A stretch of 64,000 bases of DNA from Patescibacteria group bacterium (GTDB taxonomy: Bacteria > Patescibacteriota > JAQUNI01). Shown here piece by piece: positions 25,496-35,045 of this stretch. The position numbers were made by a program, and so were the translations under genes. The DNA is taken from the NCBI GenBank assembly GCA_028717685.1, contig JAQUNI010000003.1, positions 311 through 64,310 of the forward strand, given 5' to 3'. The first letter of the stretch is position 1; every line of letters begins with the position of its first letter. The notes under the pieces are model-generated. The model was given only the letters and a program-made list of their open reading frames with translations. It was not told the origin of the DNA and did not search any database.

Positions 25496-26563
25496 TTATA
25501 ATTCTTGATTCTTAATTTTTAATTCCTTTTCAATTTCCTTGGCAATCATTTTTTCTTCATCGGTTTTAATCGCCATTACCTTCACGCCGGCTAATATTTT
25601 TTCCAAACCAGCACAGATGGTATTGCGGGTTATTGCTTCTCCCGCGCCAATTTGGCCTGTAAATACCAGAGCATCAATGCCGTTTAAAATAGCAAAATAA
25701 GCGCCAATATATTTTTGGATATGGTAGACAAAATTTTCAAAAGCAAGGCAAGCCTTTTTTTGTCCTTTCGCTACCGCCCGCAGAAGGTTTAAATAATTTT
25801 CATAACCCGCCAGTCCTTTGAGTCCGCTTTGATGGTTTAAGATATTTTCCAACTCTGTCTTGGTATGGTTTTTGAGCAGATATAAAATTACCCCTGGATC
25901 CAGATCGCCTGGCCGCGTCATCATTGTCAAGCCCTCCAGAGGCGTAAAACCCATGCTTGTATCTATGGGTTTCCCTTTTTGGATCGCGGTCATACTGGAT
26001 CCTCCCCCTAAATGGACAGTAATGGCTTTTAATTCCTCGAAAGGTTTTTTTAATCTCTTTGCGGCTTCTTGCGCGACGTATTGGTGGGATAGGCCATGAA
26101 AGCCAAAACGTTGAATGTGTTGCTTCTTATAAAATTCCCAAGGCAGGGCATAGATCTTTGCGCGTTTTGGCAGGTCAGCAAAAAAAGCAGTGTCAAAGCA
26201 GGCATAATTTGGAATGTCGGGTAAATATTTCTGGCAGGCAGCCACCCCCGCCAGATTCGCCGGATTGTGAAGAGGAGCTAGATCACTGCAATCCTCCAAT
26301 TTTTGCAAAACTTTTTCCGTGATGCAAACTGGCTTTTTAAAATAAATTCCACCGTGCACTACGCGGTGGCCGATTGCTTGAATATCGCGCAAATCGCCAA
26401 TATCTCTCAAAGCCTGTTTTATTGCCTCTTCATGGCTTTTGATATTCTGGAAATTGCCTTCTGCCGAAACATTCAGGGAAGGTATTTGGAAGAGTTTGTG
26501 TTTTAAAGAAGTGCTACCGGAGTTGATGACTAAGATTTTCATAAATGAAAAGTTAAATTGCAA
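25496..26563 (-). CDS. ackA: Acetate kinase.
   Basis: ILVINSGSTSLKHKLF, GHRVVHGG, and HLGGGSSMTAIQKGKPIDTSMGFTPLEGLTMMTRPGDLDPG. The start may be ATG at 26542 (MKILVIN). Confidence 0.8.
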   Translation of the reverse strand: MQFNFSFMKILVINSGSTSLKHKLFQIPSLNVSAEGNFQNIKSHEEAIKQALRDIGDLRDIQAIGHRVVHGGIYFKKPVCITEKVLQKLEDCSDLAPLHNPANLAGVAACQKYLPDIPNYACFDTAFFADLPKRAKIYALPWEFYKKQHIQRFGFHGLSHQYVAQEAAKRLKKPFEELKAITVHLGGGSSMTAIQKGKPIDTSMGFTPLEGLTMMTRPGDLDPGVILYLLKNHTKTELENILNHQSGLKGLAGYENYLNLLRAVAKGQKKACLAFENFVYHIQKYIGAYFAILNGIDALVFTGQIGAGEAITRNTICAGLEKILAGVKVMAIKTDEEKMIAKEIEKELKIKNQEL

Positions 26564-26640
26564 AAGTCAAAAGGTAAAAGTGTAAGTTAAAAGTAAAAAG
26601 GATAAAATATTCCACTTCTAACTTTTGACTTCTCACTTTA
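26545..26640. repeat. Imperfect palindrome of period-6 AAAAGT/AAAGTC words (aaagtcaaaaggtaaaagtgtaagttaaaagtaaaaagg ... ccacttctaacttttgacttctcacttta) between pduL and ackA.
   Basis: Direct reading. The aaagtt word family recurs at 18548-18605, 37553-37620 and 38169-38250. Confidence 0.7.
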
Positions 26641-27202
26641 CCATAATTTCCCCCTCCCCTCCCTTTTCTATTCCTGCCGCGTTGCCTTCGTCAGTATCCA
26701 GATGCGCCGCGGCTTTATAGTTTGGATCCACCCGCGTTATCACTTTGTGAAAAATAAGCTCCCTCTCCCCTTTTATTTTAATAGATATCTCTTGACCGTT
26801 TTTAAGGTTGAGTTTTTGCGCTTCTTCTGGATTAAGATGGAGATGTCGTTTGGCGATAATCAGTCCTTCTTTCAAATTGACCACTCCTTGGGGTCCGGTA
26901 ACCGCGCACCCTTGGGAATTTTCTAAATCATCTGAAAGCCTTAAAGGGGCATCTATTTTTAAGCGATGGGCGTCGGTGCGTGAGATTTCGATTTGAGTCC
27001 GTGAGCGAAAAGGTCCCACCACCCGCACCTCTTTTAAAATTTCCTGACCAATCTGGATATCCACGGTTTCTTGGCACGCGAAAAGACCGGGTTGAGACAG
27101 ATCCTTGATTTTTTTTAATTCATAGCCTTTGCCAAAAATTTTCGCGCAGTGAGGTTTGGATAAATGAATATGGCGAGCGGAAACCTCTATTAATATTAAC
27201 AT
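26633..27202 (-). CDS. PduL/EutD-type phosphate acyltransferase (phosphotransacetylase).
   Basis: Duplicated PduL signature (VSARHIHLS and KRHLHLNPEEA). ATG at 27202 follows a GAGGTG RBS. Confidence 0.7.
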   Translation of the reverse strand: MLILIEVSARHIHLSKPHCAKIFGKGYELKKIKDLSQPGLFACQETVDIQIGQEILKEVRVVGPFRSRTQIEISRTDAHRLKIDAPLRLSDDLENSQGCAVTGPQGVVNLKEGLIIAKRHLHLNPEEAQKLNLKNGQEISIKIKGERELIFHKVITRVDPNYKAAAHLDTDEGNAAGIEKGGEGEIMVK

Positions 27203-27286
27203 TTGAGAAGACACCTCTTTTTTGTTAGCAGTAAGCATATAATTAGCTTAAAAAATTTTCCCGTCTTGATTTTAATTTTCGGAAAT

Positions 27287-28636
27287 TTATTTTAATGCTT
27301 TCACGTTTTGGTTAAACTGTTCTCCGCGATCAAATTCATTTTGAAACATACCAAAACTGGCGCAGGCAGGACTCAAGAGAATAATATCTTTTGCTTGGGC
27401 TTGTTTTTTAGCGAGCTGAACTGCCTCCGACATTGATCGCGCCATTATAGTAGGTAATTTTGGAGAGTATCTTTCCGCCGTTTGTTTGAGTTTAGGGGTG
27501 GCATTGCCTGAAAGCAGAATGAGGTATTTTACCTTTTTGGCAATTAACTTTCCCAGTTCTTGAAAATCAAGATTCTTGTCTGCTCCACCAGCAATTAAGA
27601 TCACGGGTTCTTGAAAAGTTTGGAGGGCGGCTCGCGTGGAGGTAGGCGTGGTGGAAGTAGTGTCGTTATAGTATTTAACGCCCCGCCACTCCCGGATTAG
27701 TTCCAGGCGCGAATCCAAGCCCGCAAAATTTTTGAGGACTTTCTGGATATTTATTCTTTTTATTCCGTAAACACACGCTACCGTCGTGGCGGTTAGGATG
27801 TTTTCTAAATTGTGTTTTCCTTTAAGTTTAATGTCCTGCAATGAGATAATATAGTGCTCCAGATTTCTCTCTCGGAAAATAATGTGTTCCCTTTGGAGAA
27901 AGCTGCCTTGATTCACTTTTTCTTTTTGCGAAAACCAGTAAATATTTTTTAAATTCAAAGAAAACTCACGACTTCTTAAAATCGTATTATCATAGTTCAT
28001 TATAACATAATCTTTCGCCTTTTGAAATTTAAAGATATTTCTTTTCGCTTCGGCATATGCCTCCATATTGGGATAGCGATTCAAGTGGTCAGGGAAGATA
28101 TTGGTGATGCAGGCAATATGGGGGCTTATTTTATGGAGGGCGAGACCTTCCAGCTGCCAAGAAGAAAGCTCTAAAATTACCGGCGTTTCTTTTTTAATTT
28201 TGTCTAAGATATCAAATGGCGAGATGCGGATATTACCCGCGACCCTTGCTTCCTTGTTTTCAGATTGAATCATTTCATAAATTAAAGCCGTGGTGGTGCT
28301 TTTGCCTTTAGTGCCCGTAATGCCAATAATGTTTTTTGAAGGGCAAAAGTTAAAAAATAGCCCCATATCGGTGTCAATGGGGATCTTGTGTTTTTGGGCA
28401 ATGGCAAGGTAAGGGGAGTCATCGGGCACGCTCGGGTTTTTGATAATCAAGTCCGCTTCCGTAAAATTCCTTGCGCGATGTTTGCCTAGGACAAATTGAA
28501 TCGGCAAACCTGCTAATTTTTTTAGTGAAGGAGCAAGCTCTCTTTCGCTCTTTAGATCCGTGATTGTTATTCGCGCTCCTTGCTTTACTAAAAATCGCGC
28601 GATGCCTACTCCCCCGCCATGCAAGCCTAGACCCAT
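27287..28636 (-). CDS. murD: UDP-N-acetylmuramoylalanine--D-glutamate ligase.
   Basis: N-terminal VMGLGLHGGGVGIARFL, Mur ligase central domain (GITGTKGKSTTTAL) and C-terminal domain. The ORF extension to 28828 reads through a GC-rich non-coding element. Confidence 0.85.
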   Translation of the reverse strand: MGLGLHGGGVGIARFLVKQGARITITDLKSERELAPSLKKLAGLPIQFVLGKHRARNFTEADLIIKNPSVPDDSPYLAIAQKHKIPIDTDMGLFFNFCPSKNIIGITGTKGKSTTTALIYEMIQSENKEARVAGNIRISPFDILDKIKKETPVILELSSWQLEGLALHKISPHIACITNIFPDHLNRYPNMEAYAEAKRNIFKFQKAKDYVIMNYDNTILRSREFSLNLKNIYWFSQKEKVNQGSFLQREHIIFRERNLEHYIISLQDIKLKGKHNLENILTATTVACVYGIKRINIQKVLKNFAGLDSRLELIREWRGVKYYNDTTSTTPTSTRAALQTFQEPVILIAGGADKNLDFQELGKLIAKKVKYLILLSGNATPKLKQTAERYSPKLPTIMARSMSEAVQLAKKQAQAKDIILLSPACASFGMFQNEFDRGEQFNQNVKALK

Positions 28637-28835
28637 CACTGTTACCCGCGCACCAGAAAGCCACGGGTGTAAGTCCGTGGATGAATGGTGTGGCTTAGGG
28701 TAGCGGGTTTTCGCTCCATGAAACCCCGTAGGAAAAGATGCCACGGGTGCCACAGTGGGATATCTCACATGGTGTCCCATAAGTCCGTGGAGCTTCACCT
28801 TTTTATTTTTTAAATCAATTTTTTCCATAAAGATT
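28637..28835 (-). other. GC-rich structured element with two direct copies of a ccacgg...ccgtgg hairpin in the murD leader / pgeF-murD spacer.
   Basis: Hairpin ccacgg-gtgtaagt-ccgtgg and a larger ccacgg...ccgtgg stem, on a GC island. The implausible N-terminal extension of murD comes from translating it. Confidence 0.45.
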
Positions 28836-29579
28836 TTAAGACTTCATTCCAATCACATTCATAATGCTTATTTTTCTTTTTTTTCCTTGACGTCTATGGG
28901 ACGGCAAAATTTCATTTTCGCAATATGTGCAATGGGGGCTTGTTTCAATTTCGCGAACCCCTATTTTTTCCAGTTGAGTTTTGTTAGCCAATTTTATGTC
29001 AATATATTTCTTTTCTAAAACTGCGGCAGGCCATTTTTTTTGAAATAATTTCAGCCTTTCAGGATGATGTTCATTATTATAACAACAGCCTTCAATAGAA
29101 GGTCCTAAATAGGCAATCAAATCACGCGGCGAGGAATGAAAATGTTCTTGCATCGCTGAAACGGTTTTTACCCCAATCTCGCGACTTGTGCCCAGCCAGC
29201 CGGCATGGGCAAGGGCAACCACTTTCTGTTTGGGGTCATAAAGAAATATACAGACGCAATCCGCAGTTAATATAGAAAGGATTACATCAGGTTTGTCGGT
29301 AACGATGGCATCGCAGTTTTGGAGAGCGCTTATAGGGTCTTTAGCGCCACGGCCTTTATCTTTTTCCGTGACTATCTTTACCCTGTCACCGTGGGTCTGA
29401 AAGCAATTAACAAGGTTTTCAATTTTAAACCCTAATTTCCGTGCAAAGGCTTCCCGGTTAGATAAAACCTTTTTTCTGTCTTTATCAAGGTAAAAGTTTA
29501 AAGGTCCGCAGGATTTTGTGGAAGATCCGTGAACTAAATTTGGAAAAGAAGAAAGTTTTTGTGATGTAATGATTTTCAT
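28836..29579 (-). CDS. pgeF: Peptidoglycan editing factor PgeF / YfiH (DUF152, laccase-domain) family protein.
   Basis: HGxx...CFQTHGDRV ... LTADCVCIFLYDP ... ALAHAGWLGT conserved His/Cys/His pattern. Confidence 0.75.
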   Translation of the reverse strand: MKIITSQKLSSFPNLVHGSSTKSCGPLNFYLDKDRKKVLSNREAFARKLGFKIENLVNCFQTHGDRVKIVTEKDKGRGAKDPISALQNCDAIVTDKPDVILSILTADCVCIFLYDPKQKVVALAHAGWLGTSREIGVKTVSAMQEHFHSSPRDLIAYLGPSIEGCCYNNEHHPERLKLFQKKWPAAVLEKKYIDIKLANKTQLEKIGVREIETSPHCTYCENEILPSHRRQGKKRKISIMNVIGMKS

Positions 29580-29597
29580 TAAAGTTTATTCCTGATT

Positions 29598-30671
29598 TTA
29601 CTTTGGCGGCGTGCCCATACCGATTAATCCTACAATCAGTCCGACTAAACATCCTAAAACCGCAATGATCCAGAAGCGCATCACAACTTGAGGCTCGGGC
29701 CATCCCTTGGCTTCAAAGTGATGATGAATGGGGCTGGAGAGAAAAATTTTTTTCTTGAATGCCTTTTTAGCCGTATATTGCAAAATCACGGATGCGGATT
29801 CAATGACTAGCACAATGCCAATCAGAGGGAGAACAAGCGCGGAATTGGTAAGCATTGCGATAATTCCTAAAGTGGTCCCGAGGCTCATTGCGCCCGTATC
29901 GCCCATAAAAAAGCGCGCGGGATAGATATTAAACCATAAGAAGGCAAGAAGGCTGCCTGCAATGGTGCCGCAAAAAGCGGCTAACTCAATTCTGCCTTTG
30001 GCGAAAGCGATGACACCAAAACTGGCAAAGGCAAACAGGAGAACACCGCCAGCAAGACCGTCAAGACCGTCAGTTTCATTAGTGGAAAAAGAAGTCGCCA
30101 CCATAATCAAAATAAAAAGCGGAATATACCACCAGCCGATAGCAAAATCGCCAATGCCGGGAATGTGAATAACGTCCCAAGCAAGTTTGTAATAAAACCA
30201 CCAGGCGCCGAATATAGCCACAATCGTGTAGAGGATTAACCTATGGCGCATACGCAGTCCTCCCCCCTTGGGTCCTATCTTGAAAACATTTAAGAGATCA
30301 TCCATGGCGCCGACCAAAGCCGTCGCGACTAATGCTCCGAGGGGGAGAAGCGTTTGCGGTCGGGTTAAGAAATTCAGATAGTGGAAGAAAGGAATATGGG
30401 TTAATTTATCCAAGGCAAAGAACAGAATCGCTAGAAATAAAACCGTGATCCAAATCAGCATTCCTCCCATCGTAGGCGTGCCTTCTTTTTTTTGGTGGAG
30501 TTTCGTATAAAGAGGAGCGCCGTCGGTGCGGATACTCTTGCCGATTTTGTATTTTTTTAAAAATTTGATCAATAAAGGGGTCCATAAAATAGCGATCAAG
30601 AAAGAAAGTCCGGATAACAAAAAAACCTTGGTGAGTCCTGGGAAATATTGCATGCCTTGAGTCGTATCCAT
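29598..30671 (-). CDS. mraY: Phospho-N-acetylmuramoyl-pentapeptide transferase.
   Basis: MraY motifs AMDDLLNVFK and NETDGLDGLAGG. About 10 TM segments. Confidence 0.9.
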   Translation of the reverse strand: MDTTQGMQYFPGLTKVFLLSGLSFLIAILWTPLLIKFLKKYKIGKSIRTDGAPLYTKLHQKKEGTPTMGGMLIWITVLFLAILFFALDKLTHIPFFHYLNFLTRPQTLLPLGALVATALVGAMDDLLNVFKIGPKGGGLRMRHRLILYTIVAIFGAWWFYYKLAWDVIHIPGIGDFAIGWWYIPLFILIMVATSFSTNETDGLDGLAGGVLLFAFASFGVIAFAKGRIELAAFCGTIAGSLLAFLWFNIYPARFFMGDTGAMSLGTTLGIIAMLTNSALVLPLIGIVLVIESASVILQYTAKKAFKKKIFLSSPIHHHFEAKGWPEPQVVMRFWIIAVLGCLVGLIVGLIGMGTPPK

Positions 30672-30813
30672 TGTTCAACTGTTTTATTGTTTAATTTGTC
30701 GCATTGTTGTGTTTTTAGGAAAAAATTAACAATGAAACAATGAAGCAATAAAATATTTTCTATACAAAAAGATTAGGATATAATTCTAAAATGTGTTTTA
30801 GGGAGATGACCGC

Positions 30814-31719
30814 TTATTTCCATTGATAAGCCCGGAAAGTCCAATTGATTAATCCCTTGGATTCCTGCCATTCATTTTTACTGTTCATTACAACCGTGAT
30901 AATTTCGTGGCCTTTTTTATCCGAAGCTACCTCAATAAGGCAATATCCGGCATTATCCGTGAATCCTGTTTTACCGCCAATAATATTAAGATAAGAGCTT
31001 TGTAATAATTTGTTGCTGTTTTTAAGGAAGCGGTTGCGGATATTTGTTGTAAAATTAATAGTGGGAGTATTAATGATTTCACGAAAGACTTTTTTCTTTA
31101 AAGCATAACGAGTAATCTCGGCTAGATCGTAAGCCGAGGAATAATGCCCTTCAGCATCAATACCATGCGTATTTTTAAAATGGGAATCCTTTAATCCAAG
31201 GATGCGCGCTTTTTGGTTCATTAAATCCACGAATTTTGCTTCACTTCCCGCAATATATTCCCCTAAAGCTACCCCCGCGTCGTTAGCCGAAGACATCAGA
31301 AGGCCGCGGAGCAGATTATAAACCGAGATTTTTTCTCCCGGAGCAAGGCGCATATGCGCGCCTTGCGGCTGCACGTACGCCGGACCTTTTCCCACAGTCA
31401 CGATATCGTCGGGTTGCGGGGACTTATCCATGACTGTTACGGCGGTCATAATTTTAGTCAAGCTCGCTTGCGGCAGTTTTTGGTGGATGTTCTTCGCGAA
31501 GAGCACCTTACCCGATTCCTTATCCAAAACAATGGCGGCGGTAGCAGTTAGTTTTACTCCCAGCATCTTCGGATTTTTGATTGGTCCTTTTGATGTTTGC
31601 GCCGCCAGTATTTCTTGTCTCGGGGGTTCTTTCGCTTGGAGCGGCAGACGCGCGCTTTGCGCCGGAGCGAGATAGTTAGAAGCGAGAAGAGCAATAAGAC
31701 TGGTAAATTGGAGTAACAT
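30814..31719 (-). CDS. D-alanyl-D-alanine carboxypeptidase (peptidase S11, low-molecular-weight PBP).
   Basis: Signal peptide, then SxxK (SLTKIM), SxN (SSAND) and KTG (GGKTGFT). Confidence 0.85.
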   Translation of the reverse strand: MLLQFTSLIALLASNYLAPAQSARLPLQAKEPPRQEILAAQTSKGPIKNPKMLGVKLTATAAIVLDKESGKVLFAKNIHQKLPQASLTKIMTAVTVMDKSPQPDDIVTVGKGPAYVQPQGAHMRLAPGEKISVYNLLRGLLMSSANDAGVALGEYIAGSEAKFVDLMNQKARILGLKDSHFKNTHGIDAEGHYSSAYDLAEITRYALKKKVFREIINTPTINFTTNIRNRFLKNSNKLLQSSYLNIIGGKTGFTDNAGYCLIEVASDKKGHEIITVVMNSKNEWQESKGLINWTFRAYQWK

Positions 31720-31790
31720 TGGCAGTAGGAATTAGGAATTATGAAGCATGAATCAGAAATTGTAGAAATAAATTCCTGATTCCTTATTCA

Positions 31791-32309
31791 TTATTCCTGA
31801 TTCCCTTTATTAAACTCGTTATACTTTGGTAATTCCGCGGTTTTACTTAAACCTAAATGGCGTAGGAAATCGTTAGCAATTTGGTATTCCACTTTTTTCC
31901 CTTTTATTTTTCTTTCCACCAATCCTCGGCGCAGGAGATTACGCAGGACAAAAATTGAATTGACGCCGCGGATTTCTTCGATTTGATAACGCGAGATAGG
32001 ACCTTTATAGGCAATAATCGCCAGAGTTTCCAGTGCAAGCGGGGAAAGTTCTTCACGTAAATCTTTTTGTTGATATTTTTGGATCCAAACAGCGTAACGG
32101 GGATTGCTGACCATCTGAATTTGGCCATTGTGTTCTAAGATCATTATTCCTCTCCGGGAGCAATCTTCCTTCATCACGGCAAGCGCTTCTTTTATATCCT
32201 GTGTTTTCACATTTAAAATTCGCGCAAGTTTTTCAATGCTTTCTTTTTGGGTGGACGCAAAAAGCATTGCTTCTAAGATTGCCGGCAGGTTATTTATAAG
32301 ACTCATCAT
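31791..32309 (-). CDS. scpB: Segregation and condensation protein B.
   Basis: Tandem winged-helix pattern (AILEAMLFAS ... ALETLAIIAYKGPISRYQIEEIRGV). Confidence 0.75.
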   Translation of the reverse strand: MMSLINNLPAILEAMLFASTQKESIEKLARILNVKTQDIKEALAVMKEDCSRRGIMILEHNGQIQMVSNPRYAVWIQKYQQKDLREELSPLALETLAIIAYKGPISRYQIEEIRGVNSIFVLRNLLRRGLVERKIKGKKVEYQIANDFLRHLGLSKTAELPKYNEFNKGNQE

Positions 32310-32444
32310 TTTTTATTATTGATATTAATTATTTTAACAGAGAAAGAGAGGAAGATAAATATTGACAAAACGTAAATTATGTTGCTTTAAATGTTAATTT
32401 ATTTGCTTTTTCAGCTAATTTATGGCACAATGGGGAATCTTGTG

Positions 32445-32544
32445 ACTAGTAATCGGTAATCAGTAATTGGTAATTAGTAACTTTCGCCGCTTCGCGGCGA
32501 ATTGACCCCCATTACTGATTACCGATTACCAATTACTGATTACT
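32445..32544. repeat. About 100 bp imperfect palindrome. The arms are period-7 RGTAATY word arrays and the centre is the perfect palindrome tttcgccgcttcgcggcgaa.
   Basis: Direct reading. The right arm, when translated, gives the spurious PITDYRLPITDY N-terminus of the flippase ORF. A related array lies at 38830-38876. Confidence 0.75.
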
Positions 32545-32549
32545 ATTTT

Positions 32550-33998
32550 ATGTTTTCCGAATTCAAAAAATTATTCAAGCATTCGGGTATTTATGCAATC
32601 GGTGCGATTGCTCAAGCCAGTCTTTCTTTTTTGTTAATTCCTTTTTACACGCGATATTTGAGCCAAGCAGACTATGGTCGTTTGGAAATTTTACAAACCT
32701 TTTTAAAAGTTTTGTTGTTCTTAATCCCTTTAGGATTGCCCTCGGCGATTTTAAAGTGTTATCACCGCGATGCCAAAAGCCAGACCGAGCGTAAAATTCT
32801 TACGAGTACAGCCTTCTTTTTTGTTCTTGTAGCGGGGTTGTTGCAGACTTTAATCTTGCTTTTTTTTGTGCATCCCTTAAGTCAGTTTCTGATTAAAACA
32901 AATTTCGGTTTATTGATTTATACCGTAATTGCCGCTTCCATCTTTGCCGCTTTATTGGAATTGGAACTTTCTTTTTTGCGCGCAGAAGAGAGATCTCGCT
33001 CCTATACCGTGGTTTTTTTATTACGTTTTATTCTAACTTTGGGAATCACCATATATCTTGTAGTGGGTCTTAAATGGGGTCTTTTTGGCGCTCTTTTGGG
33101 TAATCTAGCAGCTCAAATTTTCACCTTCCTTACTTTCTTGCCATACCTTAAAAATTATGTTAAAATTAGCTATTCTAAGTTGGCCTTGACAAAATTGTTA
33201 TCTTTTGGTTTAGCTATTTTGCCTGCTTCAATCGCGATGTGGGTTATGGATCTGTCTGATCGTTATTTTTTAAGTCATTTTGGCAGTTTAGAAATGGTGG
33301 GCGTTTACTCGGTGGGTTATCGCATTGGTTTTATTTTGGAATTTGCTTTAGTTATCCCCTTTCAGCTTGCTTGGCCCCCTTTTTCTTTTCGGATTGCCAA
33401 ATACAAAAATCATCGCCAGATTTACGCACGCACTTTAACCTATTTTTTCTTTATTGGTATATTCAGCTTTTTAGCTTTATCCTTCTTTGCCCCAGAAATC
33501 GTGGAAATTATCGCGCCAAAGAATTACGCGAGCGCCGCGTTCATTGTTCCCCTTGTCGCTTTGGCCTATGTGTTTTATGGGATGCATTTTGTGGTAGCGC
33601 CTGGTATTCATCTTGAAGGAAAAACAAAATATTACCCTTTAGCAATCATCTTTCCCGCGGCTTTAAATCTTCTTTTAAATTATTTACTTATTCCTATTTA
33701 TGGAATGTGGGGCGCTGCTGAAGCGACCTTTATTGCTTTTATTTTCGTTTTGATCCTGACCTATTTTATTTCTAACCATTTTTATCCCGTGCGCTACGAA
33801 TGGAAGAGATTATTGAAGATTGCGATAACAGGTTTAGCGGTTTTTGGCTTTTCCGTGTTTTATCCGATATCCCATTTTACGATCGCAGCGATATTAATTA
33901 AAATCGGGTTATTAATTTTATTTTTAATCTTGCTTTGGGGTGAAAGATTTTTTGAGAAAGAAGAGAGAAAAAAAATAAAGGAATTTTTCAAGCTGTAA
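32550..33998 (+). CDS. Wzx-like oligosaccharide/polysaccharide flippase (MOP superfamily).
   Basis: About 14 predicted TM helices and a polysaccharide-biosynthesis-protein N-terminus (MFSEFKKLFKHSGIYAIGAI). The start is most likely ATG at 32550. Confidence 0.75.
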   Translation: MFSEFKKLFKHSGIYAIGAIAQASLSFLLIPFYTRYLSQADYGRLEILQTFLKVLLFLIPLGLPSAILKCYHRDAKSQTERKILTSTAFFFVLVAGLLQTLILLFFVHPLSQFLIKTNFGLLIYTVIAASIFAALLELELSFLRAEERSRSYTVVFLLRFILTLGITIYLVVGLKWGLFGALLGNLAAQIFTFLTFLPYLKNYVKISYSKLALTKLLSFGLAILPASIAMWVMDLSDRYFLSHFGSLEMVGVYSVGYRIGFILEFALVIPFQLAWPPFSFRIAKYKNHRQIYARTLTYFFFIGIFSFLALSFFAPEIVEIIAPKNYASAAFIVPLVALAYVFYGMHFVVAPGIHLEGKTKYYPLAIIFPAALNLLLNYLLIPIYGMWGAAEATFIAFIFVLILTYFISNHFYPVRYEWKRLLKIAITGLAVFGFSVFYPISHFTIAAILIKIGLLILFLILLWGERFFEKEERKKIKEFFKL

Positions 33999-34097
33999 TC
34001 CGTAACTTAAAAGATAATTCACCTTGTGTCACCCGCCCGCCACGCCATGCAGGCGTTAGCGGGCAGGTAAGTTACATATTATAAGTTATAAGAATTT

Positions 34098-35039
34098 ATG
34101 ACCAAACTTATTGTTATTATTCCGGCTTATAATGAAGAAAAGACCATCGGTCGCGTGATTACTGAAATCCCGCGGCAGATTCAAGGTATTTCCGAGGTCT
34201 TAGTTTTAGTTTCCGATGATGGGTCAACTGATCATACGGTAGAAGAAGCAAGGGCAAGCGGCGCTGATTTTGTGATTTCCCATCCCAATGCGGGTCTTGC
34301 TTTTAATTTCAAGATTGCTTTAGAAGAGGCGCTAAAATCAGATGCCGATATTATTGTCAATATTGATGCGGATGCCCAGTATAATAGCCAAGAGATTCCG
34401 TGTCTCGTTCGGCCAATTCTTCAGAATAGAGCGGAGATTGTGTTGGGAGATCGCCAGGTGGCTAAGCTTAAGCATATGCCCTTTGGCAACAAATATGGTA
34501 ATATATTAGGTAGTTGGTTTATTCGCAGGCTTTTGAATTTGAATATTATTGATGCTTCTACCGGCTTTCGGGCTTTTTCGCGCGAAGCGGCTTTGCGTTT
34601 ATCCGTAATGACTCGGCATACCTATACTCACGAAACTTTGATTCAGGCCGCGGATCAAGGTTTGAAGATGGTGCAGATTCCGATTGAGTTTAGAAGGCGA
34701 GCAGGTCATTCTCGTTTAATCTCCAATTTAAGGAGCCATATTGTGAAGACGGGTTTGACGATTATCCGCACTTTTACAGTCTATAAGCCTCTAAGGGTGA
34801 TGTTGAGTCTAGGGTTAATTCTTTTCTTAGTTGGCTTTGCTTTTATAGTCCGTTTTTTTTATTTTTGGATTGTGGCGGAAGGTCAGGGTCATATTCAATC
34901 CTTAATCATTGCTTCCGTGTTTATGATGATTGGTTTTCAGACCATTGTCTTGGGTTTAGTAGCCTCGGCCATTGGTTGGTCGCGTAAAATGATGGAAGAA
35001 ATTTTGTATCGGATCAAGAAGCAGGAATTTAAATTTTAA
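34098..35039 (+). CDS. GT2 glycosyltransferase, polyprenyl-phosphate sugar synthase (DPM1/ArnC/GtrB)-like, with C-terminal TM helices.
   Basis: IVIIPAYNEE...VLVSDDGSTD...DADAQY GT-A motifs and two C-terminal TM helices. Confidence 0.75.
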   Translation: MTKLIVIIPAYNEEKTIGRVITEIPRQIQGISEVLVLVSDDGSTDHTVEEARASGADFVISHPNAGLAFNFKIALEEALKSDADIIVNIDADAQYNSQEIPCLVRPILQNRAEIVLGDRQVAKLKHMPFGNKYGNILGSWFIRRLLNLNIIDASTGFRAFSREAALRLSVMTRHTYTHETLIQAADQGLKMVQIPIEFRRRAGHSRLISNLRSHIVKTGLTIIRTFTVYKPLRVMLSLGLILFLVGFAFIVRFFYFWIVAEGQGHIQSLIIASVFMMIGFQTIVLGLVASAIGWSRKMMEEILYRIKKQEFKF

Positions 35040-35045
35040 CATTAT

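Noticed and set aside
28637-28828. 64-residue His/Pro-rich N-terminal extension of murD.
   Set aside because: It is encoded by a GC-rich hairpin element. ATG at 28636 yields the canonical MurD MGLGLHGGG start.
32502-32549. PITDYRLPITDY N-terminus on the flippase, and likewise the extension of the 38912-39043 GT4 ORF.
   Set aside because: These are translations of palindromic word arrays. Internal ATGs at 32550 and 39044 give normal protein N-termini.
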